From: an archaeon
GTDB taxonomy: Archaea > Thermoproteota > Nitrososphaeria > Nitrososphaerales > Gagatemarchaeaceae
Direction: 5' to 3'
Assembly: GCA_021851265.1 (NCBI GenBank)
Contig: JAJZIG010000001.1
Span: forward strand, 84-64,083
Length of the DNA: 64,000 nt
Of the stretch, positions 25,704-36,117 are shown piece after piece; the first letter of the stretch is position 1; the number at the start of each line of letters is the position of its first letter. Below the pieces are notes generated by a model. It was not told the DNA's origin and made no database searches. It saw only the letters and a list, made by a program, of their open reading frames with translations. The position numbers and the translations under genes were made by a program.

Positions 25704-26803
25704 GTGGCAACATCATTGGTGAAAGGTTCCTGTTGGTCACCTTCGGCGAAAGCCATGGGAGGGTGGTCGGTGCAGTCCTGGACGGATGCCCCGCGGGCCT
25801 GGCCCTGAAGGAAGACGATATCCAGTCGGAGCTCGACTTAAGAAGACCGGGCCAGTCGATAGTCACCACCCAGAGGAAGGAAGAGGACAGGGTGGAGATA
25901 ATGTCAGGGGTCTTCAACGGCCGCACCACCGGCGCCCCAATAATGATGCTCATCAGGAACGGGGACAAGGACTCGAGACCCTATGACGCGATGGTGAACT
26001 CCCCCCGCCCGGGCCACGCGGACCTGGTCGCGAAGATGAAGTACGGAGGGTTCAATGACTACCGGGGAGGAGGAAGGTTCTCCGGCAGGATCACGGCGTC
26101 CTTCGTGATGGGCGGAGCCGTGGCGAGGAAACTCCTGCACGAGGTGCTGGGTGTGGAGATCGTCGCCTACTCGCTAGAGATAGGCGGAATCCGCGCCGAG
26201 GGATTCGACTTGGACACCGCCAGGAAGAACCGGTACAAGAACGAGGCCCGTGCCCCCACGGCAGAAGCCGCGGACCTGATGAAGAAGAAGATAATCGAGG
26301 CTCGCGGGGGAGGGAACAGCCTCGGTGGCATCGTCGAATGCGTAGTGCTCAACGTACCGCCAGGGCTCGGCGAGCCTGTGTTCGCATCTCTGGACTCTGA
26401 CCTCGCCCGGATGGCGCTCTCGATACCCGCCGTCAAGGGAGTTGAATTCGGCTCCGGCTTCGCTTCGGCCAGACTCAAGGGGACTGAGAACAACGACGAG
26501 TACTACTTCCAAGGTGACAAAATCATGACGAAGACGAACAACGCCGGAGGAATCCTTGGGGGGCTTTCGAGTGGGATGCCGATTGCGTACAGGGTTGCAT
26601 TCAAACCTGCGTCGTCTGTCGCGTCTAAACAGACGACGGTCGATCTCGCCTCCAGGAAGGAAGTAGAGCTCGTAGTGCCCGGGCGCCACGACCCGACGGT
26701 CGTCCCCAGGGCGGTCCCAGTGGTCGAAGATGCGACGGCGCTCGTGCTCGCAGACCATGCTATCAGGGCAGGTATGATTCCACCGGTGCTCAGAGGACCA
26801 TGA
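25700..26803 (+). CDS. aroC: Chorismate synthase
   Basis: FGESHG, RPGHAD, GGGRFSGR. Confidence 0.95.
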   Translation: MSGNIIGERFLLVTFGESHGRVVGAVLDGCPAGLALKEDDIQSELDLRRPGQSIVTTQRKEEDRVEIMSGVFNGRTTGAPIMMLIRNGDKDSRPYDAMVNSPRPGHADLVAKMKYGGFNDYRGGGRFSGRITASFVMGGAVARKLLHEVLGVEIVAYSLEIGGIRAEGFDLDTARKNRYKNEARAPTAEAADLMKKKIIEARGGGNSLGGIVECVVLNVPPGLGEPVFASLDSDLARMALSIPAVKGVEFGSGFASARLKGTENNDEYYFQGDKIMTKTNNAGGILGGLSSGMPIAYRVAFKPASSVASKQTTVDLASRKEVELVVPGRHDPTVVPRAVPVVEDATALVLADHAIRAGMIPPVLRGP

Positions 26804-28206
26804 CAGGGACGAAGCCGGAGGTAGGGATAGATGAGCTCCGTGTCAAGATAGCCGAGACCACCGTGGAAATCATCAGGCTTGCTGGCCGCAGAAACAACCT
26901 AGCACGCGAAGTAGGGAGGTTGAAGGCCATCGAATCCATCCCCATTGAGGACGACGCAGTAGAGGACTCGCTGCTCAGGGAGGTGACAGAGGAGTGCGAT
27001 CGCGCCGGGGTGGATAGGAGCGCAGGACTGAAGATGCTCGCCCTGCTCCTCGCCGAGTCCAAGAAGGCCCAGGGGATACAGGCACTGCAGTCTGGCCCGA
27101 GCCCCATGTCAGTCTTCGCCAAAGCCGTCGAGTTGCAGAGGGGAGGGGTGAAGCTGATACGCCTAGACGTCGGTGAACCTGATTTCAGGCCGCCCCGGGC
27201 CGTCCTCAATGCATGTTCGGGAGCCATGTTCGGATTCAAGACGCACTACACCGAAGCGAGGGGTATCCCGGAACTCCTCTCGGCGCTCAGAGGCTATCTG
27301 CGAAGGAAGAGCGGCTTCGCAGCCACCGAGGACGAAATCGCGGTGACGCCCAGCGGCAGGTTCGCCGTATACGCAAGCCTCTCCGCTGTCGTGTCTGAAG
27401 GGGACAGCGCCATCGTCCCTGAGCCCAACTGGCCCGCCTACCGTGAAGTCCTGAAACACCTTGGTGCGAAGCCCATCGTCATCCACGGCAGGCTCGAGGA
27501 CGGCTGGTCACTCTCAGCCGGCGAAGTAGAGCGTGCGATCCGCCCCAACACGAAGGCGATAATCCTGAGCTACCCCAACAACCCGACCGGGAAGGTGATA
27601 TCCCAGGAGGCCTTCAGGGAGGTGGTCCAGGTCGCCGACGACCGCGGCCTCACGGTGGTCAGCGACGAGATATACAACGAGTACTCGTCGAAGCCCTGCC
27701 CGAGCGTCCTTCATACTCATACGGCCCCCAAGAAATTCGTGATGACTTCGTCCTTCTCGAAGGCCTGGGCGATGACCGGGTTCAGGATAGGCTATGTAGT
27801 CTCCAGCAAGGACATAATCGCCAGGGTCGCGAGCATGACATCATTGGTGCTTTCTTCGGTCCCCGAGTTCATCCAGCACGGGGCAATCAAGGCCCTCGAC
27901 TCGGACACAGAGGTCAAGAAGAACGTGGCTGTGATGAATGACAGGGTCGAAGCCATCTCCAGGGAGTTGGACAGGATCGGCTCGCTGGAGTACGTGAAGC
28001 CCGATGGCGCCATGTACTTTTTCCCGAGGCTCAGGAAACCGGGACTGACAGGGGGTATGCTCGCGGAAAGCCTCCTCCAAAGGGGGGTCACCGTAACCCC
28101 TGGCGTAGCCTTCGGCTCCTACGAAGACTTCTTCCGCATTTCCCTGGGTCAACCCAAGGAGGTTATCCTCGAGGGAGTGAGGCGGATGGGCGACCTCCTC
28201 GCTTGA
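26800..28206 (+). CDS. Fusion: AroQ-type chorismate mutase (N-terminal about 90 aa) + class I/II aminotransferase
   Basis: IDELRVKIAETTVEIIRLAGRRNNLAREVGRLK (CM). LDVGEPDF, YPNNPTG, SFSKAWAMTGFRIGY (PLP-Lys motif). Confidence 0.8.
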   Translation: MTGTKPEVGIDELRVKIAETTVEIIRLAGRRNNLAREVGRLKAIESIPIEDDAVEDSLLREVTEECDRAGVDRSAGLKMLALLLAESKKAQGIQALQSGPSPMSVFAKAVELQRGGVKLIRLDVGEPDFRPPRAVLNACSGAMFGFKTHYTEARGIPELLSALRGYLRRKSGFAATEDEIAVTPSGRFAVYASLSAVVSEGDSAIVPEPNWPAYREVLKHLGAKPIVIHGRLEDGWSLSAGEVERAIRPNTKAIILSYPNNPTGKVISQEAFREVVQVADDRGLTVVSDEIYNEYSSKPCPSVLHTHTAPKKFVMTSSFSKAWAMTGFRIGYVVSSKDIIARVASMTSLVLSSVPEFIQHGAIKALDSDTEVKKNVAVMNDRVEAISRELDRIGSLEYVKPDGAMYFFPRLRKPGLTGGMLAESLLQRGVTVTPGVAFGSYEDFFRISLGQPKEVILEGVRRMGDLLA

Positions 28207-29030
28207 GGGTCGCCGTCCTGGGCTCCGCCGGAGCCATGGGTTCGTACTTCGTAGAGTACTTCCGACGCCTCGGCCACACAGTCGTAGGATCTGACGTCCG
28301 CCCAGGAGGACCTCGGCTCCGGGCCAGCGCTAACACCTCCAACCTCGGGGCCGTCAGACGGGCCGACCTCGTCCTCCTGGCCGTCCCTATCGGAGACACC
28401 CTGAGGGTCGCCATGGAGATCAAACCCGTCCTGAAGCACGGCTGCACGCTCGTCGAAATCACGTCGATCAAGGGGACGACGCTGACCCAACTTGAGAAGG
28501 TCGCGTCTGCCTGCGGCGCTCCTCTGCTCTCGCTCCACCCAATGTTCGGCCCGTCGTCTAGGTCGAAGGCGCCTAGGATGCTGGTGGTAGGCAGAAGCAG
28601 GGATCTGGAAGCCGCACGGCGGATTTTCAGGGGAGCGGAGCTGACCTTGGTCGCGCCGGAAGAGCACGACCGGCTGGTGGCATACGCGCTCTCGCTGGTA
28701 CACCTCACAAGCATGGCCTTCGCGATGGCCGTAGCGAAGGGGCCTGGCCTGAAGACGTTCCAAAAGTCCGCCCCGCCTTTCGCTTCCACCCAGCTGGACC
28801 TCGTAAAGGCAGTCCTCCTGCAGGGCCCTGAGCTCTACTCCTACATCGACATCAAGAACAGATCCGTTGTGGATGCACTCTCCTCTATCATCGCCGAGCT
28901 GTCTGCTCTGAGAGCCGTCATCGAGAAGAAGGACTCGAGAGCCTTCGACAAGAAGTTCTCAAGACTCGTGCGCCAGTTCAGGCAATCTGATTTGGAGGCT
29001 TCCCTCGCCCGGGTCTACGCGGAACCCTAG
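28203..29030 (+). CDS. tyrA: Prephenate dehydrogenase
   Basis: MRVAVLGSAGAMGSYF (Rossmann), HPMFGP, context. Confidence 0.8.
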   Translation: MRVAVLGSAGAMGSYFVEYFRRLGHTVVGSDVRPGGPRLRASANTSNLGAVRRADLVLLAVPIGDTLRVAMEIKPVLKHGCTLVEITSIKGTTLTQLEKVASACGAPLLSLHPMFGPSSRSKAPRMLVVGRSRDLEAARRIFRGAELTLVAPEEHDRLVAYALSLVHLTSMAFAMAVAKGPGLKTFQKSAPPFASTQLDLVKAVLLQGPELYSYIDIKNRSVVDALSSIIAELSALRAVIEKKDSRAFDKKFSRLVRQFRQSDLEASLARVYAEP

Positions 29031-29830
29031 GGAGACATCGTGGCGTGCTTCAGGGATCTGACGTAGGCTTCAATCCTGCCGAGCGCTTCGTCCTCGCCGC
29101 CCTCAATCGCCGCCACCCTGTCTACTATCGCGCTTCCTACAATGGCCGCGTCAGCCCCCGCCCCTATCACCGTTCTTACGTGCTCGGGCCTGGAGATGCC
29201 GAATCCTACTGCCAGGGGGACTTTCCCCTGTGTGAACCTCTTCGCGAACTTGACAAGCCTTATTGTGCTGTCCTTCAGTTGCTCCCTCGCCCCCGTGACT
29301 CCGATTACTGAAACCAGATAGAGGAAGCCTGACGTATTCGCGACTATTTTCTTCATGCGTTCCTCGCCGGTGGTGGGAGCGGCGAGAAGGACGGAGTCAA
29401 TCCCTCTGGCCCGGGCAGCGCTCCCGAACTTTCGGGCCTCGTCCAGGGGGAGGTCGGGCACAATCACCCCGTCGACCCCGCTTCTGCGGGCAGCGTCGAG
29501 AAAGGCGGACGCTCCCCTTGAGAGTATCGGGTTGAAGTAGGTCATCACCACCACAGGGACGTCACGGGCCTTCTTCACCTCGGTCGCGATGCGAAGCACG
29601 TCGGCGGGCTTCGTGCCAGACCTGAGCGCCCTGACCCCTGCAGCCTGGACCGCCCTGCCATCCGCTATAGGGTCGGAGAACGGGATGCCCAACTCGATGA
29701 TGTCCGCCCCGCCCTTCAGCACCGCCTCGGCGACATCTACCGAAGCCTGTGGGTCTGGGTCTCCGCCCATGACATAGGCGATGAGGGCTCCCCTGTCGAC
29801 TGAATCGAACGTCTCCTGTATCCTGCTCAG
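29027..29830 (-). CDS. trpA: Tryptophan synthase alpha chain (start proposed at CTG 29830 overlapping the trpB stop)
   Basis: [13 protein letters not shown]. The in-frame upstream region encodes [20 protein letters not shown] before the first ATG at 29770. Confidence 0.85.
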   Translation of the reverse strand: MSRIQETFDSVDRGALIAYVMGGDPDPQASVDVAEAVLKGGADIIELGIPFSDPIADGRAVQAAGVRALRSGTKPADVLRIATEVKKARDVPVVVMTYFNPILSRGASAFLDAARRSGVDGVIVPDLPLDEARKFGSAARARGIDSVLLAAPTTGEERMKKIVANTSGFLYLVSVIGVTGAREQLKDSTIRLVKFAKRFTQGKVPLAVGFGISRPEHVRTVIGAGADAAIVGSAIVDRVAAIEGGEDEALGRIEAYVRSLKHATMSP

Positions 29831-31002
29831 AGCTCGAGCCCCGACCTCTTGCCGATGATCTGCACGTCCTTGTCCCCCCTCCCCGACAGAGTGACCGCCA
29901 CACTCTCGTCAGGCTTCATTGAGGATGCCAGCTTCATCGCATACGCGACTGCGTGGGCGGACTCGAGTGCCGGAAGTATCCCCTCTTCCTTCGCCAGCGC
30001 GTGGAACGCCTTGACAGCCTCCTCGTCGCTGACCGTCACATAGGAGACCCGTTTGATGTCTTTCAGATAGGAGTGCTCAGGGCCGACCCCTGGGTAGTCC
30101 AACCCGGCAGCTACACTATGCGTCTGGCCTGTCTGTCCGTCTTCATCCTGCAGGAGATATGTCATCATACCGTGGACGACGCCTGTCCTTCCATAGGACA
30201 GGGTGGCCGCGTTGTGGTCCCTCCCGGTCCCGCCTGCCTCGACCCCATACAGGCGCACACCCTTCTCCCGCAAGAAGGGGTAGAACGTCCCCATCGAGTT
30301 GCTCCCTCCGCCGACGCAGGCGACCAGGGCGTCGGGGTGCGCTCCCTGGGTTGACACCGACTGCTTCGCAATCTCTCTGCCGATGACGCTTTGGAAGTCC
30401 CGGACCATTATCGGGTAGGGATGCGGCCCGACGACGGAGCCGATGAGGTAATACGTGTCTGTGAGATTGGTTACCCAGTCCCTGAGCGCCTCGTTGATAG
30501 CATCCTTGAGCGTCCGCGAGCCGGCATCGACAGGATGGACTTCTGTTCCGAGCAGCTTCATCCTGAATACGTTGAGCTTCTGTCTCTCCACGTCCTCCGT
30601 CCCCATGTAGACTTCTGACTCCAGGCCCAGAGCAGCGCAGGCCATCGCCGTGGCGACCCCATGCTGCCCCGCACCCGTCTCGGCGATGATTCTAGTCTTC
30701 CCCATCTTCTTCGCCAGCAGACCCTGTCCCAACGTGTTGTTGATCTTGTGCGCTCCTCCATGCAACAGGTCTTCGCGCTTCAGGTAGATCTTCGCCCCTC
30801 TGCCCTTCTTCGTCATATTGCCTGCGAAGTAAAGCGGGGTCGGTCTCCCGGCATAGTTCTTCAGGAGCCCGGCCAACTCGGACCTGAACTCATCGTCAGC
30901 CCTGAATCGTCGATATGACCTCTCCAACTCTTTTATGGCTGGCACGAGCGTCTCCGGGACATACTGCCCGCCGTATCTCCCGAACCTCCCTCTCTCAGGC
31001 AA
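29827..31002 (-). CDS. trpB: Tryptophan synthase beta chain
   Basis: [31 protein letters not shown]. Confidence 0.95.
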   Translation of the reverse strand: MPERGRFGRYGGQYVPETLVPAIKELERSYRRFRADDEFRSELAGLLKNYAGRPTPLYFAGNMTKKGRGAKIYLKREDLLHGGAHKINNTLGQGLLAKKMGKTRIIAETGAGQHGVATAMACAALGLESEVYMGTEDVERQKLNVFRMKLLGTEVHPVDAGSRTLKDAINEALRDWVTNLTDTYYLIGSVVGPHPYPIMVRDFQSVIGREIAKQSVSTQGAHPDALVACVGGGSNSMGTFYPFLREKGVRLYGVEAGGTGRDHNAATLSYGRTGVVHGMMTYLLQDEDGQTGQTHSVAAGLDYPGVGPEHSYLKDIKRVSYVTVSDEEAVKAFHALAKEEGILPALESAHAVAYAMKLASSMKPDESVAVTLSGRGDKDVQIIGKRSGLEL

Positions 31003-31630
31003 CTCGATGACTCCTCGCAGTGGCGATAAACGCCCTTACCTTGGACGGGTCCTTTACCCCTGGTGCCGCCTCGACCCCGGATGACACGTCGACGGCGTAG
31101 GGATTCACCCTCGAGATGGCTTCGGCGACGTTCTCAGGCTTCAGGCCTCCGGAGAGGATGAATGGCAGAGGGGCGACCACGTCCCTGAGCTTCCTGCACC
31201 CGTCCCAATCTGATACCCTGCCTGTCCCACCGGCTACCCCTTTCGCATAGGTGTCCACGAGCAGGGCGTCGTAGCCAGCGGTGCTTCCGGCTCCACCCCC
31301 ATTGCCGTCCATCAGATGCGGCAGAATCAACTTCACTTTCAACTTCTCCTTCAGCGCGATGGAGTTTGGGACGCGACCGTAGAGCTGGATGACCGAAGGC
31401 CCAACCCGGCCGATTTTCTCGGCGTTCTGCTCAACCAACTCGGCCCGTGTGACCAAGACCGCGTCGACGAACGGGGGTACCCTCCTGATTAGGTCCCTTG
31501 CCTTTTCGATGGAAACATTCCTCGGAGACTCCTCGAAGCCGCTGACGAACCCCACCGCATCTGCGCCAGCCTCCACCACAAGGTCGACGTCTTCTTCCCT
31601 GGTCAGCCCGCAAATCTTGACTCTGGTCAT
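30995..31630 (-). CDS. trpF: Phosphoribosylanthranilate isomerase
   Basis: [19 protein letters not shown]. Confidence 0.85.
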   Translation of the reverse strand: MTRVKICGLTREEDVDLVVEAGADAVGFVSGFEESPRNVSIEKARDLIRRVPPFVDAVLVTRAELVEQNAEKIGRVGPSVIQLYGRVPNSIALKEKLKVKLILPHLMDGNGGGAGSTAGYDALLVDTYAKGVAGGTGRVSDWDGCRKLRDVVAPLPFILSGGLKPENVAEAISRVNPYAVDVSSGVEAAPGVKDPSKVRAFIATARSHRVA

Positions 31631-32439
31631 GGTCCCGCCCTCGACAGGATCCTGAGGGCTCCTGCAGGGTCCCCGGACTTCATCAGTTCTGAACCTACCA
31701 GGAACCCGCCCGCCCCCAGGGCCACCAGAGACTCGATTTGGTCCCTGGTCCTGATGCCGCTCTCACAGATCACGGGCTTCGCAAAGGGCCCCTTGCGGAG
31801 AAGCCGTCTAGAGACGTCAAGGGAGACTGAAAGGTCGCTCAGGTTCCTGTTGTTTATCCCGACCACGTCCGCAGAGCTGGAAAGGGCGATGGCAAGCTCG
31901 TCTTCGTCGTGTACTTCGACCAAGGCCTCCATCCCCTTGGCGTGAACGCTGGCGAGCATGCGCTCCAGTCCTATTGCGGCACCCCCATCAGCGAAGACGC
32001 CGACAATCAGCAAGACTGCGTCGGCGCCTAGGCGGTCGGCTGCCGTCACCTGAAGCTCGTCCACGAAGATGTCCTTCATCAGGACAGGTATCCCTGCCGC
32101 CTGCTTGACAGTCAGGATGTAGTCCAGACGCCCATCGAAGTGTTCAGGCTCGGTCAGGACCGATATCCCCGACGCTCCGCCTTCCTCGTAGGTTTCGGCG
32201 ACCTCTCTGACACTCTTCGGCTCAGTGAGCCTCCCATCAGCCGGCGAGCGGAACTTCACCTCGGCGATGATCGGGATCCTGCCTCCCCTCACGAGCGATC
32301 CCGCAAGACTGAGTCGCCTGCCTCTCTTTTCTACCATGACGTCATAGTAGCCGTTGGCTACTCGAGCCCTGGCCGACGTGACTAGCCGTGCTAGAAAGCT
32401 CTCATCTGATTGTTGCATAGGCCTCAATCCTCGAAACAT
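31627..32439 (-). CDS. trpC: Indole-3-glycerol-phosphate synthase (the start may be an internal ATG at 32418)
   Basis: [19 protein letters not shown]-like [17 protein letters not shown]. Confidence 0.85.
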   Translation of the reverse strand: MFRGLRPMQQSDESFLARLVTSARARVANGYYDVMVEKRGRRLSLAGSLVRGGRIPIIAEVKFRSPADGRLTEPKSVREVAETYEEGGASGISVLTEPEHFDGRLDYILTVKQAAGIPVLMKDIFVDELQVTAADRLGADAVLLIVGVFADGGAAIGLERMLASVHAKGMEALVEVHDEDELAIALSSSADVVGINNRNLSDLSVSLDVSRRLLRKGPFAKPVICESGIRTRDQIESLVALGAGGFLVGSELMKSGDPAGALRILSRAGP

Positions 32440-33457
32440 CCCCGCCGCTCCCCTCGACGAGCCTCCTCAACCTGGCCAGGGCTTCGCCGCTGGCCAGCGA
32501 CTCCCTGGCTAACTCGACCCCTTCGGGGAAGTCGTCCGCTCTTCCCGCGACAACCAGCGCAGCGGCGGAGTTCAGCAGCACCGTGTCAGTCAGGGATGTC
32601 GCCCTCCCGCCGCCTCCGAGTATTGATAGCACGACTTGGGCAGCCTCCTCCGCTCCGCCTACCTCACGGAGCTGCGTCCCACCCTCTCCGATTCCGAAGT
32701 CCGCCGGCGAGAGCTCGAGGGTCTCTATCTCGCCTTCCCTGAGCCAGGCGGCCAATGTCTTCCCTGACGTCGAGATTTCATCCATACCTTCCCGTGCATG
32801 AACGACCAGCGCTTCCTCGCACCCCAGCATCATCAGCACGACTGCCACCTTTTCCACCAGCTCCGGCGAGTACACGCCCACAAGCTGAGCGCTGGCGCCG
32901 GCGGGGTTGATGAGCGGGCCCATCAGGTTGAAGACCGTCCGCACTCCTAGTTCTCTCCTAATCGGAGCGACATACTTCATCGCTGGATGGAACGCCGGCG
33001 CGAACATGAAGCCGACCCCAAACTTCTCTATGCTCTCCTTCACCATTGCGGGCGACGCGCCCACGTTGTATCCTAGGCGCTCAAGGACGTCGGCACTGCC
33101 GCATTTGCTTGTGACAGACCTGTTGCCATGCTTGGCGACCGACGCCCCGGCTCCAGCCGCCACGAGGGCGGCGACCGTGCTGACATTGAATGTCTTGGCC
33201 CTGTCCCCACCAGTCCCGCAGGTATCCACCAGTCGACCATTGACTTGGGGGTCTATCCTGACGCTGTACCCCCTGAGCGTAGATGCAAATGAGGCAATCT
33301 CTTCGGGGGTCTCTCCCTTCCTCGCAAGGGCCACGAGGAATCCTCCCATCTGGGCCTGGGTCGCCTTCCCCTCGGCGATTTCTCTAGCCGTCCCTTCTAC
33401 CTCGTCCCGGGTTAGTGGGGTCCCGCCGAGGATTTTCTGTATTGCCTGCTGAATCAC
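32402..33457 (-). CDS. trpD: Anthranilate phosphoribosyltransferase
   Basis: DTCGTGGDRAKTFNVST, KHGNRSVTSKCGSADVLE. Confidence 0.9.
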   Translation of the reverse strand: MIQQAIQKILGGTPLTRDEVEGTAREIAEGKATQAQMGGFLVALARKGETPEEIASFASTLRGYSVRIDPQVNGRLVDTCGTGGDRAKTFNVSTVAALVAAGAGASVAKHGNRSVTSKCGSADVLERLGYNVGASPAMVKESIEKFGVGFMFAPAFHPAMKYVAPIRRELGVRTVFNLMGPLINPAGASAQLVGVYSPELVEKVAVVLMMLGCEEALVVHAREGMDEISTSGKTLAAWLREGEIETLELSPADFGIGEGGTQLREVGGAEEAAQVVLSILGGGGRATSLTDTVLLNSAAALVVAGRADDFPEGVELARESLASGEALARLRRLVEGSGGDVSRIEAYATIR

Positions 33458-34044
33458 ACTTCTACCCCCTTCTCAATGAAATTCCTTACGATTTTCATGC
33501 CCTCGAGGGTCATTATCGACTCAGGGTGGAACTGCACCCCTTCGATTGGGTACCGCGAATGCCTCAAGCCCATGATCTCCGCGTCGTCGAGGGCTAGGGC
33601 CGTGACCCTCAGCTCGGCGGGAAGGCCCTCCTTCTGCACGGCCAACGAATGGTATCTGGTGGCCTGGAGCGGGCTGGCTACCCCCTGCAGCACCCCCTTG
33701 CCGTCGTGCACTATCCGACTGGTCTTCCCATGCATGATTTTCGGCGCGCGACCGATTTTGGCGCCGAACACTTGGCCGATCCCCTGATGCCCCAGACAGA
33801 CCCCAAGGGTAGGCACATCTCTGCTGATTCCCCTCAGTACGCTGGCGCAGACGCCGAAGGAACGTTCGTCTGAGGGGTTCCCAGGTCCAGGCGAGACTAT
33901 AATCCTCTCAGGGGAGAGCTTCTCGACTTCGTCGACGGTCACCCTGTCGTTCCTTAGGACGAGAGGCTCGCCCCCTAACGCCCCTACACATTGAGCCAGG
34001 TTGTAGACGAACGAGTCGTAGTTGTCCAGTATCAGGACCTTCAT
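33454..34044 (-). CDS. trpG: Anthranilate synthase component II (glutamine amidotransferase)
   Basis: ILDNYDSFVYNL, LGVCLGHQ, GVQFHPES. Confidence 0.9.
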   Translation of the reverse strand: MKVLILDNYDSFVYNLAQCVGALGGEPLVLRNDRVTVDEVEKLSPERIIVSPGPGNPSDERSFGVCASVLRGISRDVPTLGVCLGHQGIGQVFGAKIGRAPKIMHGKTSRIVHDGKGVLQGVASPLQATRYHSLAVQKEGLPAELRVTALALDDAEIMGLRHSRYPIEGVQFHPESIMTLEGMKIVRNFIEKGVEV

Positions 34045-35429
34045 GCCTTCTCCGCCAGCTCCAGGGCTTTCAGTAGACCCCTGGCCTTCGCCCCGGTCTC
34101 ATCCCACTCCTTCTCCGGGGACGAGTCGGCCACGATGCCCGCTCCAGCCTGTATGGAGCAGGTTCTGCCCCGGGAGACCAGGGTACGTATGGTAATCGCG
34201 AAGTCGGCGTTTCCATTGAAGGAGAAGTACCCGACTGCCCCGGCATAGGGACCTCGTGCAGACGATTCGAGCTGCTCGATTATCTCCATGGCCCTGACCT
34301 TGGGTGCTCCTGACACAGTCCCTGCGGGAAAGACCGCCCTCAGGGCGTCATACGAGTCGAGGCCCTCCTGCAGCTCGCCGACCACATGCGAGACCATATG
34401 CTGAACGTGGCTGAACCTCTCGACCGTCATGAATTCGGGGACTTTGACCGACCCATACTTCGAAATCTTCCCGACGTCGTTCCTAGCCAAATCTACGAGC
34501 ATCACATGCTCGGCTTTCTCCTTTGGATCTTCGACGAGTTCTTTCGCGAGTCTGGCGTTCTCCTCGCTGTCAGCCAGCACAGGGCGCGTCCCTGCAATCG
34601 GATATGTCTCCACCCTTCGGTCTCCGATCCTGGCCAGCATTTCAGGGCTCGAGCCGATGATTTTCGTGTCTCCGAACTTGAGGAAGTACATGTATGGCGA
34701 CGGATTGACTCGGCTCAGGGACTCGTAGAACGCTGACAGCTCCCCTTTGACATCTATATCGATACGCCTCGAGAGCACAGCCTGGAATATGTCGCCAGCA
34801 GAGATGTGTTCTTTCATCTGGAGGACTCCGTCCTCGAACTCGTCTCTGCTCATGGACAGTCTCGGCGCGGAGGCGGTGATTCCTATGCCTTCCTCTGCTC
34901 TCTTCGCAGTGGCGAGGACTTCATTCAACCTATTCTCCCCGAGGGTGTAATAGTATGTCTCCCCTCTCACGTGGTCGTAGACAACGCCGTCCCTGTAGAT
35001 CCCAAACTGCAGGTCAGGAAACAGCGCCTGGTCTCCGCCTGGAATTCTCTCCCAGTATCTCACGGCGTCGTAGGAGATGTACCCGACGGCGCCTCCGATG
35101 AACCTGAAGAGGCCGCTGACAGAATTCGGGGGGACAATGCGCCTCAGCTCCTTTAGAGGGTCCGCTGTCTTGGTCCTCTCTTTCGACCCTGACTTGGTGT
35201 CGATCACCTCCAGCGCGCCTGACTTAGCTTCTACGAGAACCGAAGGCTCAAACCCGATGAAAGAGTACTCGGCCAGCTTCGAATGGTCGCTGGCAGACTC
35301 CAGCAAGAACGCGTTCTCGTATCTACTCAGAAACTTCGCGAAGAGCTCTCTCGGTGGCTGCCTGATGTCGAGCCTCTTGGCTGACAGTTCAAGCTCTGAG
35401 GCTGCGACGGCAGGGCCAAAAGTGACCAC
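34041..35429 (-). CDS. trpE: Anthranilate synthase component I
   Basis: SPYMYF, GTVSGAPKVRAMEII, GAGIVADS. Confidence 0.9.
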   Translation of the reverse strand: MVTFGPAVAASELELSAKRLDIRQPPRELFAKFLSRYENAFLLESASDHSKLAEYSFIGFEPSVLVEAKSGALEVIDTKSGSKERTKTADPLKELRRIVPPNSVSGLFRFIGGAVGYISYDAVRYWERIPGGDQALFPDLQFGIYRDGVVYDHVRGETYYYTLGENRLNEVLATAKRAEEGIGITASAPRLSMSRDEFEDGVLQMKEHISAGDIFQAVLSRRIDIDVKGELSAFYESLSRVNPSPYMYFLKFGDTKIIGSSPEMLARIGDRRVETYPIAGTRPVLADSEENARLAKELVEDPKEKAEHVMLVDLARNDVGKISKYGSVKVPEFMTVERFSHVQHMVSHVVGELQEGLDSYDALRAVFPAGTVSGAPKVRAMEIIEQLESSARGPYAGAVGYFSFNGNADFAITIRTLVSRGRTCSIQAGAGIVADSSPEKEWDETGAKARGLLKALELAEKA

Positions 35430-35544
35430 CCAAGTTTCTCTGTCAACTCTGCTCCCAAATGCTTATAGCGATTCGTGCTCAGAAATGTACACGGTTCCTA
35501 ACCGCAGGAGCAAGCAGTGGAGCAGGCCCAGATGCCGCAGACTC

Positions 35545-35994
35545 CTAGAAGATTTTTCTCGACTTGAGCATGTCGAGGACCTCCCTGTTGCCTTCACTCA
35601 ACTGCGCAGGAAGAGCGTCGAGGTCGAAGTATCCGGCCTTGTCGAAGTCACCACTAGGCGCTCCAACGTTCGGAACCTCTGCGCTGTACAGGAAACAAAG
35701 GTCCCAATGCCTGTCACCGTAGGACTGGACGTCAACGAGCTTCAGGGATGTCGGCGCTATCCCCAACTGCTCACTGGTCATCCTTAGAGCTGCCTGTCCG
35801 GGGTCTTCGCCGTAGTTTATCACGCCGCTGGGAAGGACCCAGTTCCCAGCCATACGTTCTGGCTTCTGCCTCCTGAGCAAAAGCAGCTGAACCCCTTTCC
35901 TCACCAACACAAACGAGGAGACGTGCACCACCTCGTCGGGCTGGGTACCGTCCTGCTGGGGCACGAGTCGTGCTCTCTTTGGAACACTGCTCAT
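35545..35994 (-). CDS. NUDIX hydrolase
   Basis: SGVINYGEDPGQAALRMTSEQLGI approximates the Nudix box GX5EX7REUXEEXGU. Confidence 0.7.
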   Translation of the reverse strand: MSSVPKRARLVPQQDGTQPDEVVHVSSFVLVRKGVQLLLLRRQKPERMAGNWVLPSGVINYGEDPGQAALRMTSEQLGIAPTSLKLVDVQSYGDRHWDLCFLYSAEVPNVGAPSGDFDKAGYFDLDALPAQLSEGNREVLDMLKSRKIF

Positions 35995-36117
35995 GAGGTC
36001 AGACTCCGCCCTGTCTGATTTAAGTCACTCGAGCACCTCTGGTCGGGAAAGGCACACAGCGGCTCGGCAGCCTCGCCAGAGGCCCCTCGTCCCTTTTGGG
36101 GCGTGCGTGGACTTGGC

